A stretch of 64,000 nucleotides of DNA from Parcubacteria group bacterium GW2011_GWA2_40_14 (GCA_000996025.1 LBYF01000001.1:3507-67506), one strand, 5' to 3'; positions 45,071 through 55,467 are shown, counted from the stretch's first letter. Notes: a model not told the origin generated them from the letters alone. Translations and numbers: made by a program.

Positions 45071-46330
45071 ATGAATAAATTAAAACTAGTTTTACAAGAC
45101 AAAATACTGCGAAAGCGCATACTTTTTACTCTTTCTGCATTGGTTATTTTCCGCATACTGGCCTCTATCCCCGTTCCTGGTGTGGATGGCAGTCGCTTGG
45201 CCCAATTTTTTGCAAGTAATGAATTTTTTGGCTTGCTTAATATTTTCTCTGGAGGCGGACTTTCTCAATTATCCATCGTTATGCTTGGTGTTGGTCCATA
45301 TATCACTGGCTCTATCATCATGCAGCTTTCAACCATCATGTTTCCCAAGCTGAAGGAGATGTATCAAGAAGAAGGCCAAGCTGGTCGCAGAAAATTTGCA
45401 CAGTATGGTCGTATCTTGACTATTCCCCTGGCTCTTATCCAAGGTTTCAGTTTTATTAAAATCCTTCAGAGTCAACAAGTTCTCGGGGAATTGTCCTATT
45501 TTACTCTGGGAGTTGACCTTATTATTATTACGGCTGGTTCAATTCTCCTGATGTGGATTGGAGAACTTATTTCTGAATATGGCGTAGGCAATGGGCTTTC
45601 GCTTATTATATTTGCCGGCATTGTGGCTAGTTTGCCTGCAACCGTCAGTCAGCTCATCTTTGCTTTTGACCCTGCACAGCTTCCACTTTATATTGTGGCT
45701 TTCGTTGCTTCTATTTTGGTTATTATCGGTGTGGTTATTATCACCGAAGCGGAGCGGCCAATACCTGTGACCTATGCCAAGCAAGTTCGCGGTAATAGGG
45801 TCTATGGCGGTACCTCTACCTATCTGCCTTTGCGCATAAATCAAGCTGGGGTTATTCCTATTATATTTGCTTTGTCCATTTTACTTTTTCCTCAAATGAT
45901 TTTGCGCTTTTTGCAGAATTCAAGCTATACATTTCTAAGTAGCATTTCAAGGACTCTCCTAGATGTTTTGGCTAATCAATGGTTCTATGCCATAGCATAT
46001 TTCTTTTTGGTTTTTGTTTTTACTTATTTCTACACGGCTGTTACATTTGACCCTGACCAAATCTCTACAAATCTCCAGAAAAATGGGGCTTTCATTCCTG
46101 GTGTTCGTCCAGGACACTCAACTTCCGAGCACATCTCTCGGATACTCACTCGTTTGACCTTGGTTGGGGCTATTTTCCTCGGTTTTATCGCCGTTCTTCC
46201 CCTCATCATGAGTGGGGTTACGGGCATTACTGCAATTTCCATCGGAGGGACAGCCCTTTTGATTGTTGTGTCGGTGGTTATTGACCTGATTAAAAAAATC
46301 GACGCGCAAGTTTCTATTAGAGAATATTAG
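45071..46330 (+). CDS. secY: Preprotein translocase SecY
   Basis: PYITGSIIMQL, GVGNGLSLIIF, FIPGVRPG, GGTALLIVV. Confidence 0.99.
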   Translation: MNKLKLVLQDKILRKRILFTLSALVIFRILASIPVPGVDGSRLAQFFASNEFFGLLNIFSGGGLSQLSIVMLGVGPYITGSIIMQLSTIMFPKLKEMYQEEGQAGRRKFAQYGRILTIPLALIQGFSFIKILQSQQVLGELSYFTLGVDLIIITAGSILLMWIGELISEYGVGNGLSLIIFAGIVASLPATVSQLIFAFDPAQLPLYIVAFVASILVIIGVVIITEAERPIPVTYAKQVRGNRVYGGTSTYLPLRINQAGVIPIIFALSILLFPQMILRFLQNSSYTFLSSISRTLLDVLANQWFYAIAYFFLVFVFTYFYTAVTFDPDQISTNLQKNGAFIPGVRPGHSTSEHISRILTRLTLVGAIFLGFIAVLPLIMSGVTGITAISIGGTALLIVVSVVIDLIKKIDAQVSIREY

Positions 46331-46407
46331 TAAAAACCTCGATAAAAGACTTCCATACTGTTGTTTGTTTTTAACTTTTGTAAGAAAATTGCATATGCTA
46401 TAATCTT

Positions 46408-47022
46408 ATGTATATGGACAGAGGAGAAGAATACAAAAAAAGGCTAAAAGACTTTCTAGATTCTGATACTACAGAAGCAAAAATTGCAATGGTGGCTCTT
46501 TGTGTATTTGCTGTAGCCTCCCTCCCCATTCTCGTGGTTGGGGTTGCGGCTATGGGTAATGTGGTGCAGACGTTTCAGATGTTTAAGAGGTCTAAAAAGT
46601 ATTCTAGAATGCAAATTCAAAGCGCGGTTGAAAGTACTAAGCGTCAAAAGCTTATAGAATATGTTACTGACAAAGACGGAAAAACAATAGTAAAAATTAC
46701 AAAGAAAGGTGAAACTAAGTTAAGAACTTTTGACATTGAGCTTATGTGTATTAATACGCCAAAGAAATGGGATGGTAAATGGAGATTGGTCATGTTTGAT
46801 ATTCCTATGCGATTTACAAAAGGCAGAGAAGCTCTGAGATATCATTTGAAAAATTTAGGTTTTCTCCAATTTCAGAAATCCGCATGGATACACCCTTTTC
46901 CTTGTGAAGATGAAATCTTGTTTATTGCCGATTTTTTTGGAATAGGGAAGCACGTGGAAATTTTAACTGTAGAAAATCTCTTAAACGACGAAAAATTAAA
47001 GAAACATTTCCGACTTGATTAG
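46408..47022 (+). CDS. PaaX-like regulator (winged helix plus Cas2-like domain)
   Basis: ITKKG followed by WDGKWRLVMFDIP...LGFLQFQKSAW. Confidence 0.85.
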   Translation: MYMDRGEEYKKRLKDFLDSDTTEAKIAMVALCVFAVASLPILVVGVAAMGNVVQTFQMFKRSKKYSRMQIQSAVESTKRQKLIEYVTDKDGKTIVKITKKGETKLRTFDIELMCINTPKKWDGKWRLVMFDIPMRFTKGREALRYHLKNLGFLQFQKSAWIHPFPCEDEILFIADFFGIGKHVEILTVENLLNDEKLKKHFRLD

Positions 47023-47176
47023 TTTTTTTCTTACATAAGATTACAGCATATGCAGAAAAGTTATTAATTATACAAATCATATAAATTGAAACAATGTTTT
47101 GCAAGTTGTGGTTTCCGACATTCTTATACAAGACATAAATGACCAGAAAGAGTTTTTCTGCTATACTTATTTAAGT

Positions 47177-47845
47177 ATGTTTATATGGAATCTATTAGTT
47201 AAAAATTTTCCTGAATACTGTGAATCAGTAGCTGGCTTTTGGACGGTTGAACCACTGAACGCACTAACTAACTTCGCGTTTTTTATCGGAGCATATTATT
47301 TATTGAAATATATCCGTGTTAATAATTTAAAAAACCGCTTAAGCATTTTCTTGACAGGATTAATGGTAGTTATGGGATTAGGCAGTCTATTGTGGCATTC
47401 GTATAGATCAGAAATAACGATGTTGCTTGATACCTTGCCGATTTACATTTTCTTTATTTTAGCCCTTTATCTTTTTGTACAGGTTCTTACAAAAAATAAA
47501 AAACTTACCATTGTTATTTTGGCTTTATTAGGATTAATATATTATTTAATTTTTACTTATATTCCTGGTCTAAATATTTTTAGTGGTTCACTAAAGTATA
47601 TTTTTATTCTTATAGTTTTAGTAGCATTAAGTTTTTTTATAAGAAAGAAGTATGGATATGATTATAACTTTTTAACACCACTAGGCATCTTTTTAGTGGC
47701 GATAATGTTAAGGACGATTGATATTTTTATGTGTCCATTTTTCCCATTCGGAACTCATTTTATATGGCATATTTTGATTGCAATAGCTATGTATTTCGGT
47801 TCAACTCTAATTTTGCGTTTAAATGCTAAAATGAATCAAGTCTGA
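47177..47845 (+). CDS. Ceramidase-like (CREST superfamily) membrane hydrolase
   Basis: YCE, EPLNALTN, GSLLWH, DTLP and GTHFIWH motifs. Confidence 0.8.
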   Translation: MFIWNLLVKNFPEYCESVAGFWTVEPLNALTNFAFFIGAYYLLKYIRVNNLKNRLSIFLTGLMVVMGLGSLLWHSYRSEITMLLDTLPIYIFFILALYLFVQVLTKNKKLTIVILALLGLIYYLIFTYIPGLNIFSGSLKYIFILIVLVALSFFIRKKYGYDYNFLTPLGIFLVAIMLRTIDIFMCPFFPFGTHFIWHILIAIAMYFGSTLILRLNAKMNQV

Positions 47846-47887
47846 TTAACAATTTCAATTCTCGTGTTTTTGGTGTATAATAAAGAA

Positions 47888-48184
47888 ATGAAATTAAGTA
47901 TTGAGGAAATAAAAGAAAAAATAACTCCGATTTTGGAGAAGTACGGCGTGACTTACGCCGGTGTTTTCGGTAGTGTGGCGCGCGGTGATGCTCGTCCGGA
48001 CAGTGACGTGGATATTCTCGTTAAAATCCGTAATCCCATTAGCATATTCGTCTTTTTTAAGATGAATGATGAATTGGAAGAAATATTGGGACGAAAGGTG
48101 GATTTAGTGACGGAAAACTCTCTTATTCGTTATTTCAAGCCATATGTGATGCTTGATTTAAAGCCACTCTATGAAGTCAGATAA
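47888..48184 (+). CDS. Minimal nucleotidyltransferase antitoxin (MntA-like)
   Basis: GSVARGDARPDSDVD (GSx10DxD). Confidence 0.92.
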   Translation: MKLSIEEIKEKITPILEKYGVTYAGVFGSVARGDARPDSDVDILVKIRNPISIFVFFKMNDELEEILGRKVDLVTENSLIRYFKPYVMLDLKPLYEVR

Positions 48185-48488
48185 AGTATACTGCGAATAT
48201 ATTATCAGTTGTATAGATAAAGTTGGCCGTTTTACTTCTGGAATGAAACGAGAGGATTTTCTTGCAAGTGAGTTAGTGCAAAGTGCAGTAATCTTGCAAC
48301 TCCTTCTTATTGGTGAATTGTCAAAAAATTTATCGTCTGAATTTAAGAAAAGTACTGATTTGCCTTGGACACAAATTTCCGGTTTCCGAAATAGAGCAAT
48401 CCATAATTATTATGAACTTGAGCTGGAATTCGTTTGGTTTGCAGTTCAAAATGATTTGTTTCCTATTAAAGAAGCTGTCTCCAAATAA
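48171..48488 (+). CDS. HEPN/DUF86 RNase toxin (HepT-like)
   Basis: RNRAIHNY (Rx4HxY); overlaps the MNT gene. Confidence 0.92.
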   Translation: MKSDKVYCEYIISCIDKVGRFTSGMKREDFLASELVQSAVILQLLLIGELSKNLSSEFKKSTDLPWTQISGFRNRAIHNYYELELEFVWFAVQNDLFPIKEAVSK

Positions 48489-48493
48489 AAATC

Positions 48494-49084
48494 ATGTCTC
48501 CTCAAACTTTTATTTTTATCGGCAGGTCCGGGTGTGGTAAAGGAACACAGGCCGAGCTTTTACAAAAACGGGTCAAAGAAAAAGACCAATCGAGTGAGAT
48601 TTTTTATCTTGAAACTGGAGCATATTTCAGAGAGTTTTTAAGGGGAGAAAAATATTCAAATAAATTAGCAAATGAAATATATAAAAAAGGCGAGCGCCAG
48701 CCGGACTTTCTGGCTGTGCATATTTGGTCGCATATTCTTATCGGAGATTTCAAAGGCACAGAGCACGCATTTTTTGACGGTATTTGCCGCTCTCTTCCGG
48801 AAGCCACCACTTTTACCACTGCTTTGGAGTTTTATGGACGCAAAGCCATTGTAATTTATCTGAATGTTTCGCGGGAATGGTCGGAGGAGCGCCTTCTTCT
48901 CCGCGGGCGAGCAGATGACAAGAGTAAGGAAGAAATAAAAAAACGACTTGACTGGTTTGATAAAGATTCGTATCCTGCAGTAGAGTATTTTAATATGCAC
49001 AAACAATATACTCTTTTGGATATAAACGGCGAGCAGAGTATAGAAAAGGTACATGCCGATATTGTAGGGAAGCTGGGATGGTAG
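48494..49084 (+). CDS. adk: Adenylate kinase-family NMP kinase, short-LID type
   Basis: GRSGCGKGTQ P-loop, DG..R, RGRADD; lies in the secY-adk-map position. Confidence 0.8.
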   Translation: MSPQTFIFIGRSGCGKGTQAELLQKRVKEKDQSSEIFYLETGAYFREFLRGEKYSNKLANEIYKKGERQPDFLAVHIWSHILIGDFKGTEHAFFDGICRSLPEATTFTTALEFYGRKAIVIYLNVSREWSEERLLLRGRADDKSKEEIKKRLDWFDKDSYPAVEYFNMHKQYTLLDINGEQSIEKVHADIVGKLGW

Positions 49085-49129
49085 CAAAACCCTTGACTTC
49101 TGTATATACTCCGCATATACTGTGTATAT

Positions 49130-49399
49130 ATGACACAAGTAGTTATAAATTTCAAAACGGATGCTAAGCTAAAGAGCGCAGCCAAAGATGTTCTCGATGA
49201 GATGGGTCTGAATTTTTCCATTGCTTTTAACGCCTACATGAAAAAGTTGATTACTGAGAGGAGAATAGAGTTTACCACGCCAGAGATACCCAACGCTCGA
49301 CTCCGGAAAGCAATAAAAGAGGCGGATAAAGAGTATAAGAGCGGTAAGTTAAAGTTTTATACTGATATGCGCGAGATGCGCAAGTCATTAGGTGTATAA
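49130..49399 (+). CDS. RelB/DinJ antitoxin
   Basis: RHH-like LKSAAKDVLDEMGLNFSIA, PNARL..AI.E. Confidence 0.9.
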   Translation: MTQVVINFKTDAKLKSAAKDVLDEMGLNFSIAFNAYMKKLITERRIEFTTPEIPNARLRKAIKEADKEYKSGKLKFYTDMREMRKSLGV

Positions 49400-49402
49400 A
49401 CT

Positions 49403-49663
49403 ATGCACATCGCTTTTTCTTCGAGTCTTAATAAAAAGATTAAGAAAATTCCAACAAAAATAGTTGATAAATTTTTTGAGCGATTGGAGATTTTTAAAAA
49501 GGATATATTTAGTCCAATTTTAAACAATCATAAATTGCACGCTGAATACGAAGGGTGTAGCAGTATAAATGTCACAGGTAATTTTCGAGCGATATTTAAG
49601 CATGTCGATGATAATCATGTCGTTTTTTCTGATTTAGATACTCACCCCGAACTCTACGGCTAA
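49403..49663 (+). CDS. RelE/YafQ-family toxin
   Basis: LNNHKL, SINVTGNFRAIF, TH.ELY. Confidence 0.9.
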   Translation: MHIAFSSSLNKKIKKIPTKIVDKFFERLEIFKKDIFSPILNNHKLHAEYEGCSSINVTGNFRAIFKHVDDNHVVFSDLDTHPELYG

Positions 49664-49679
49664 TTTTTATTTTTGAATT

Positions 49680-50447
49680 ATGATTACAATAAAAAAACCA
49701 GAAGAAATAGAAATTTTGAAAGAAGGCGGGAGACGGCTTGGTATTGTTTTGCGCAAAGTAAGCGAGATTGTCAAACCAGGCATTTCTACACAGGAACTTG
49801 AGGACTTGGCACGCAAACTGATAGAAGATGGTGGTGATACCGCATCATTTCTAAATTACAAACCGCGTGGAGCAAAACGGCCGTTTCCTGCGGCCATATG
49901 TGTGTCCATAAACAACGAAATCGTTCACGGTATTCCCAACGAAAGGCCACGCATAATTCAAGAGGGCGACATTGTTTCTCTTGATTTAGGTATTACACAC
50001 AAAGGTATAATAACAGACAGTGCCGTGTCTGTGGGTGTTGGTAAAATGGCGCCTATTGACCAGAAGCTGATAGACCATTGCAGGGAAGCTTTAGCACTCG
50101 GTATCAAGGCCGCTCGCGGCGGTAATCACATAGGCGATATTGGCTATGCAATAGAGTCGTTTGCCCGCCCTCTGGGCTACGGGCTATCAGAGGGGCTTGC
50201 AGGACATGGGGTTGGTTACAAGGTTCACGAAGACCCATTTGTGCCAAACGAAGGGGAAATCGGTAGAGGCGAGCTTCTGCGTCCAGGTATGGTCCTAGCC
50301 CTTGAGCCGATGCTGACTCTCGGCACAGACAAAATAGTTCTAGACAAAGATGGCTATACATACAAAACCGCCGATGGTACAAACGCCGCCCACTGGGAAC
50401 ATTCTATTGTCATCACGGAAGGAGAGCCGATAATTTTGACAAAATAA
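49680..50447 (+). CDS. map: Methionine aminopeptidase
   Basis: VHGIP, GHGVG..VHEDP, ALEPM, AHWEHS. Confidence 0.98.
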   Translation: MITIKKPEEIEILKEGGRRLGIVLRKVSEIVKPGISTQELEDLARKLIEDGGDTASFLNYKPRGAKRPFPAAICVSINNEIVHGIPNERPRIIQEGDIVSLDLGITHKGIITDSAVSVGVGKMAPIDQKLIDHCREALALGIKAARGGNHIGDIGYAIESFARPLGYGLSEGLAGHGVGYKVHEDPFVPNEGEIGRGELLRPGMVLALEPMLTLGTDKIVLDKDGYTYKTADGTNAAHWEHSIVITEGEPIILTK

Positions 50448-50503
50448 ATATTTAAACATACAAATAGTTGCTTTTCAGAGAAATATGATTTACTATACGT
50501 TAC

Positions 50504-50692
50504 ATGAACACTATGACTAAAAAAGTAAAAAAACAAAAAAATCTTTTACAGCATATTTTTAACGAAATCCGCTTATTGCGAAGCGAGGTAACTTTATTTA
50601 TGCCTGACGAAAATTTAAATGGGTATGCCCATCCATCAAGAATAAAAAAATCTTTCGAAAGAGCTTTACGTCAATACCCAAGAACAATCTAA
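50504..50692 (+). CDS. Small hypothetical protein, probable antitoxin
   Basis: TAATG coupling to the downstream RelE-like gene. Confidence 0.65.
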   Translation: MNTMTKKVKKQKNLLQHIFNEIRLLRSEVTLFMPDENLNGYAHPSRIKKSFERALRQYPRTI

Positions 50693-50949
50693 TGTATGTC
50701 ATTAAAACTTCTGATTTTGAAAGAGCATATAAAAGGTTACCTTTTGGCATACAAAAACTTTGTCTTATTCAAGAAGAAAGATTTGCTTTAAGTTCTCGCG
50801 ATCCAAGGTTACATATAAAAAAACTGAAAGATTTTGATGATGCCTTTTCTTTCAGGATTACTAGAAAATATCGGGCATTGTTTTATTTTCAAAATGCAGA
50901 GACTGTGATATGTTTTGATATTGACCATCGTAAAGATGTTTACAAATAG
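50692..50949 (+). CDS. RelE/ParE-like toxin
   Basis: FERAYKRLP, LHIKKL, FSFRITRKYR, HRKDVY. Confidence 0.85.
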   Translation: MYVIKTSDFERAYKRLPFGIQKLCLIQEERFALSSRDPRLHIKKLKDFDDAFSFRITRKYRALFYFQNAETVICFDIDHRKDVYK

Positions 50950-50985
50950 TTGCTTTTTATTACCGTATCGATATACTGATGCTCT

Positions 50986-52056
50986 ATGAAAGTTGATACT
51001 TTGAAGCTGTCCAGAACTAAAGTTGCTGGTCTTACAAAAAAATTTGATTTAAATAACCCCGTATCGCGCAAGCTATATTTTGTGGCTAAGGTGGGTAAAG
51101 AGATAAAGGCTCTGCAAAAATATTTAAAATCGGGCAAGCGTTTTGTGGCATTTCTCATTGGTATAAAAAATTCCGGTAAAGGAACGTATGCAAAATTGTT
51201 TCTGGAAGCAGTAGGTCCTCTCGCCGTCCATATATCTATCGGGGATATTGTGCGCGATGTTCATACGAGCATCGAAACCCCAACTGGCAAGAAAAAATTA
51301 ATCAATTTTTTGAAGAAAAACTATCGCGGATTTCATAGTCCAGAAGAAACTATTAAAGCAATACTCGGACGCAGTCAATCAACTCTCATTACTTCTGAAC
51401 TTATTTTGGCCCTTATCAAATTTGAAATAAGCAAACATCCGAACCAGTCATTATTTATTGACGGTTTCCCTCGCGCTTTTGACCAGATTCCGTACTCACT
51501 CTTTTTGAAAGAGATTATTGGTTATCAAGGAGTGCCAGACGTTTTTGTTTTCTTTAATGTTCCAACCAGTGTGATTGACGAGCGCATTAAGACTCGGGTT
51601 ATTTGTCCTGTTTGCAAAACATCGAGGGGTTTGAAACTTTTGCCAACAACAAAAGTCGGATATGATGCAAAAAATAAAAAGTTTTATCTAGAATGTGACA
51701 ATCTTTCCTGTCCTGGCTCACGAATGATAGCGAAAGAGGGCGACGAGCTTGGTATAGAACCTATCCGTGAACGAATCGAAACTGATTCAAAAATTTCCAA
51801 AGAATTACAAAAAATTCACGGTGTGCCAAAAGTATTTCTGCGCAACGCCATTCCAGTTGTACACGCCAAAAAAATCGTAGATGATTACGAAATTACCCCT
51901 GAATATCAGTACAAACTAGATAAATCAGGTAAGGCGGTTATTGTAGAAGTACCATGGACAGTTAAAGACGACCAGGGAGTAAAATCTTACAGTCTCCTGC
52001 CCTCTGCGGTTGTCATTTCACTTATAAAGCAATTAGCCAATATTCTTACTAAATAA
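50986..52056 (+). CDS. Long adenylate kinase-like protein with Cys4 LID
   Basis: GIKNSGKGT, HISIGDIVR, IDGFPR, CPVC...CDNLSC. Confidence 0.85.
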   Translation: MKVDTLKLSRTKVAGLTKKFDLNNPVSRKLYFVAKVGKEIKALQKYLKSGKRFVAFLIGIKNSGKGTYAKLFLEAVGPLAVHISIGDIVRDVHTSIETPTGKKKLINFLKKNYRGFHSPEETIKAILGRSQSTLITSELILALIKFEISKHPNQSLFIDGFPRAFDQIPYSLFLKEIIGYQGVPDVFVFFNVPTSVIDERIKTRVICPVCKTSRGLKLLPTTKVGYDAKNKKFYLECDNLSCPGSRMIAKEGDELGIEPIRERIETDSKISKELQKIHGVPKVFLRNAIPVVHAKKIVDDYEITPEYQYKLDKSGKAVIVEVPWTVKDDQGVKSYSLLPSAVVISLIKQLANILTK

Positions 52057-52589
52057 GCTTTCTCATGACAAAGTCATTAATTATCACTTAGTTCAGGAAG
52101 ACATTCTCTACGACGTTAATTTAGACGGTATATTAGAATAGAAGCTGCTTCGCGCTTTTATTTCACTCACCCTACGTCAGGCTTAAAAGTCAATAGCCCA
52201 ACTTCATCGTGTATTCCTCCAGCTGTGATACAATATAAACAGGGTTACGTATATTTTCTACCTAACCATTTTTTAGGGAGTCCAATATTTTTGTGCCACG
52301 ATGAGTAAAATTTATTATTTTGTTCTGACGAGTACAATTGCGGACACCCACCTACGAGTTTTGTAGGAGAATATTCGTAATCCGATTAAGCTATCCAGTA
52401 TTTTTGCAAAAAGAGCTGGATGTTTTAATTTATCTTATTTTCGGATTTTTTGTAATCCTGAATACACATCATCAAAATTACAAAATCGTTAATAAGTACT
52501 TATTTATAGCCATATATACTTTGTTAATTCATTGAATATATTAACTTAATCAATTTGGATTATAAACAAATTCGTGTTAAAATAGATGT

Positions 52590-52868
52590 ATGAATACACC
52601 CTTAAGTCAGTTTATAAAACAGAGGCCTCATTTGATTTGGTATACCAAAAACTATGACGGTTTGGACGCCGAATCCATCGTTGAAGCTACACTAAACTAT
52701 GGTAATTGGGACGATGTGCAGGAACTTATAAAAATTCTAGGAATGAAAAAAACCGCCCAGATTTTCCGAGAAAAATCCAAACCGGATAAATTTGGCAGAC
52801 AGAATTACGATTCTCGGGTAAAAAATTATTTTCAACTATACTTTGGTAAATATGTCAAACATGCATAA
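52590..52868 (+). CDS. Hypothetical partner (putative antitoxin) of the AbiEii gene
   Basis: LIWY, IVEATLNYGNWDD; overlaps the next gene. Confidence 0.75.
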   Translation: MNTPLSQFIKQRPHLIWYTKNYDGLDAESIVEATLNYGNWDDVQELIKILGMKKTAQIFREKSKPDKFGRQNYDSRVKNYFQLYFGKYVKHA

Positions 52869-53472
52869 AGAAATTTTTACACAAGAACAGATTAAACTTC
52901 TACCTTTGATTAGGAAATTTTCCAAGGATTTCGGTCTTGTTGGTGGGACAGCCATTGCATTGCATTTAGGTCATAGGCGCTCAATAGACTTTGACATGTT
53001 TTCCAATAAACCGTTCAATAATGTGGCTGTGCGTAGGAAAATAAAAAATACGCACAGTATTCAAAAGGTCTTCAAAGACGAAACAGGACAATACACTTTT
53101 TTTGTTAATGAGGTGCAAATGACTTTTTATCATTTTCCCTATGAGATTGATTATTCGGAAAAATTTGAAGATTATGTCAAAATACCAAATCTGCTCATTC
53201 TCGCTGCGATGAAAGCTTTTGCTCTTGGTGGAAGAAATAAATGGAAGGACTATGTTGATTTATATTTTATTCTCAATAACCGTTTTTCTGTAGATGAAAT
53301 CTCCAAAAAAGCCAAAGAACTTTTCCAGGGAGAATTTAATGAAAAAATTTTTCGAAATCAGCTAGCTTATTTTGACGATATAAATTACAAGGAAACGGTG
53401 GACTTTCTGCCGGATTTTGAAGTGAGCGATGAAACGGTAAAAAAAGCTCTGATTGATTTTAGTATTTCCTGA
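52861..53472 (+). CDS. AbiEii-family nucleotidyltransferase toxin
   Basis: LVGGTAIALHLGHRRSIDFD, KDYVDLY. Confidence 0.92.
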   Translation: MHKEIFTQEQIKLLPLIRKFSKDFGLVGGTAIALHLGHRRSIDFDMFSNKPFNNVAVRRKIKNTHSIQKVFKDETGQYTFFVNEVQMTFYHFPYEIDYSEKFEDYVKIPNLLILAAMKAFALGGRNKWKDYVDLYFILNNRFSVDEISKKAKELFQGEFNEKIFRNQLAYFDDINYKETVDFLPDFEVSDETVKKALIDFSIS

Positions 53473-53654
53473 CATTGAAAGGGATATGTATAAAAACGAT
53501 TTATTTAAGTTCACAGATTTTACTTTCGAGCCCAAACACATTCAATTTTCCCAAGAAATTTTAAGAGAATCTCGAGTGCCGAACGAGGTATGGGTCATTG
53601 CTTCCCGGAAGTTCGAGTAAAATTGGACGAACTTAAAGCTATTAAAGTCACAGT

Positions 53655-54056
53655 ATGATGTTTCAAACAAAACTTTTTAAACAAGCATTCCTTCTGCTTT
53701 TTGTTGTTGGTATTTTAAATTTGGTTGGAACAGAACTATATTTGTATTGGACACTCTGGTGGTATGACATTATTCTACATTTTCTCTCTGCTGGGGTGGT
53801 TTCTCTAGCTACCATTGTATTCTTTCGCATCTTTCTTGGAAAACGGTTGTCAGGTCAGACATTAATTAAATATGCGGTTTTTTGCGCCCTAGTAGTTGGT
53901 ATTATCTGGGAAATATATGAACTTTATTTTGAGATGACATATCTTTCTGACGGCATGATTTATGTAACAGACACAGTATCAGACCTTATTATGGACATTG
54001 CAGGTGGACTTCTCGGTTCAATATATGCAATTAGATTAGTAAAAAATAATGAGTAA
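53655..54056 (+). CDS. Small multi-pass membrane protein
   Basis: WYDIILH, WEIYE and DT.SDL motifs; four TM segments. Confidence 0.8.
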   Translation: MMFQTKLFKQAFLLLFVVGILNLVGTELYLYWTLWWYDIILHFLSAGVVSLATIVFFRIFLGKRLSGQTLIKYAVFCALVVGIIWEIYELYFEMTYLSDGMIYVTDTVSDLIMDIAGGLLGSIYAIRLVKNNE

Positions 54057-55422
54057 ATTACAAATAACTTTTTATGGCGGAGTAGGCACTGTTACAGGGG
54101 CAAATTTCTTGCTTGAAAGTAATAACACCAAGATTCTTATTGATTGTGGACTATTACAAGGCACACCCGATGGAGTGGAGGAAAATAGGAAACCATTTCC
54201 ATATGATACAAAATCAATAGATTATCTTTTTATCACCCATGCTCACATGGACCATATAGGCAGAGTGTGCAAGCTAGTCAGAGATGGTTTTAGAGGGACA
54301 ATTTATTCAACACCTGAAACAAGAGAGATTGCTAGTGTCATGATTCTTGATGCATTAAAAATAATGGACCAAAATTATCGCAATCCACAAAACGGAGTTA
54401 GCGAAAGGCCATTATATGAACTAGCTGACTATAACCAAGCGTTTTCTATATGGAAAACCATAGAATATGATACCCAAACTGAAATTAATGAAGAATTTTC
54501 AGTTTATCTGAAAGATGGTGGGCATATTCTGGGCTCTGCCATGTATGAATTTAGTTATAATGGTAAAAAAGTTGTTTTTACGGGCGATTCTGGGAATTCT
54601 CCCTCACCGCTTTTGAAAAATACAGAAAATGTGACTGATGCAGATTATCTAATCATTGACAGTGTTTATGGCGACAGAAATCATGAGCCAAAAGAGGAAA
54701 GAGACCAAAGATTTAAGCAAATTATTTTAGATACGATAGAAAAAAGAGGGGCACTAGTTATTCCAGCATTTTCTGTAGAGCGAACGCAAGTTATTTTGTA
54801 TGAATTAAATAATCTAGTTGAAGAAAAAAAGATCCCATCTGTGCCAGTTTTTCTAGATTCACCTTTGGGTTCAAAAGTGACGAACATTTACGCTAGAAGT
54901 TCAAAAGATTTTAATACTGGAGTGCAGAGAGAAATAAAAGAAGGAGATGATATTTTTAATTTTCCAAAACTGACTATCACTGCGGGTTCAGGGGATTCCA
55001 AACAGATTGTCAGTATTCCAAATCCCAAAATAATCGTGGCGGGTTCAGGAATGTCTTCTGGTGGCAGGGTATTGTGGCACGAGATGCAATACTTGCCAGA
55101 CCCAAAGAACACAGTACTTCTCATGGGCTACCAAGCACTTGGCACATTGGGTAGAAGAATACAGGACAAACCAAAGGAAGTGGAAATACATGGTCAAATC
55201 GTACCCATTCGTGCTCGTATAGAAATGATTTCCGGCTACTCATCGCACAAAGACTCTGATAGCTTGGTGGCTATGGTTGAGCAAACAAAAGCTACGTTGA
55301 AAAAAGTTTTTGTAGTCATGGGCGAACCAAAGTCATCCACATATCTGGCCCAGCGTCTGCGCGATGAGCTTCTCGTGGAAGCTATTTACCCAGAAAAAGG
55401 CAAACCTTATCTATTGGAGTAA
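54049..55422 (+). CDS. MBL/beta-CASP RNA-processing metallohydrolase
   Basis: THAHMDHIG, GHILGS, GSGMSSGGR, YSSH. Confidence 0.93.
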   Translation: MSKLQITFYGGVGTVTGANFLLESNNTKILIDCGLLQGTPDGVEENRKPFPYDTKSIDYLFITHAHMDHIGRVCKLVRDGFRGTIYSTPETREIASVMILDALKIMDQNYRNPQNGVSERPLYELADYNQAFSIWKTIEYDTQTEINEEFSVYLKDGGHILGSAMYEFSYNGKKVVFTGDSGNSPSPLLKNTENVTDADYLIIDSVYGDRNHEPKEERDQRFKQIILDTIEKRGALVIPAFSVERTQVILYELNNLVEEKKIPSVPVFLDSPLGSKVTNIYARSSKDFNTGVQREIKEGDDIFNFPKLTITAGSGDSKQIVSIPNPKIIVAGSGMSSGGRVLWHEMQYLPDPKNTVLLMGYQALGTLGRRIQDKPKEVEIHGQIVPIRARIEMISGYSSHKDSDSLVAMVEQTKATLKKVFVVMGEPKSSTYLAQRLRDELLVEAIYPEKGKPYLLE

Positions 55423-55467
55423 ATTGCTAATTGATTTTTAATGACGAAGTGATATACTGGAGGCACT

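Noticed and set aside
46408-47022. CRISPR-Cas locus suggested by the Cas2-like FDIP/QKS motifs
   Set aside because: No cas1 or other cas genes and no repeat-spacer array; the domain layout is PaaX-like.
52057-52589. Possible gene or RNA in a 530-bp gap
   Set aside because: Only short, stop-riddled frames and no convincing structure; probably a decayed remnant that I cannot assign.
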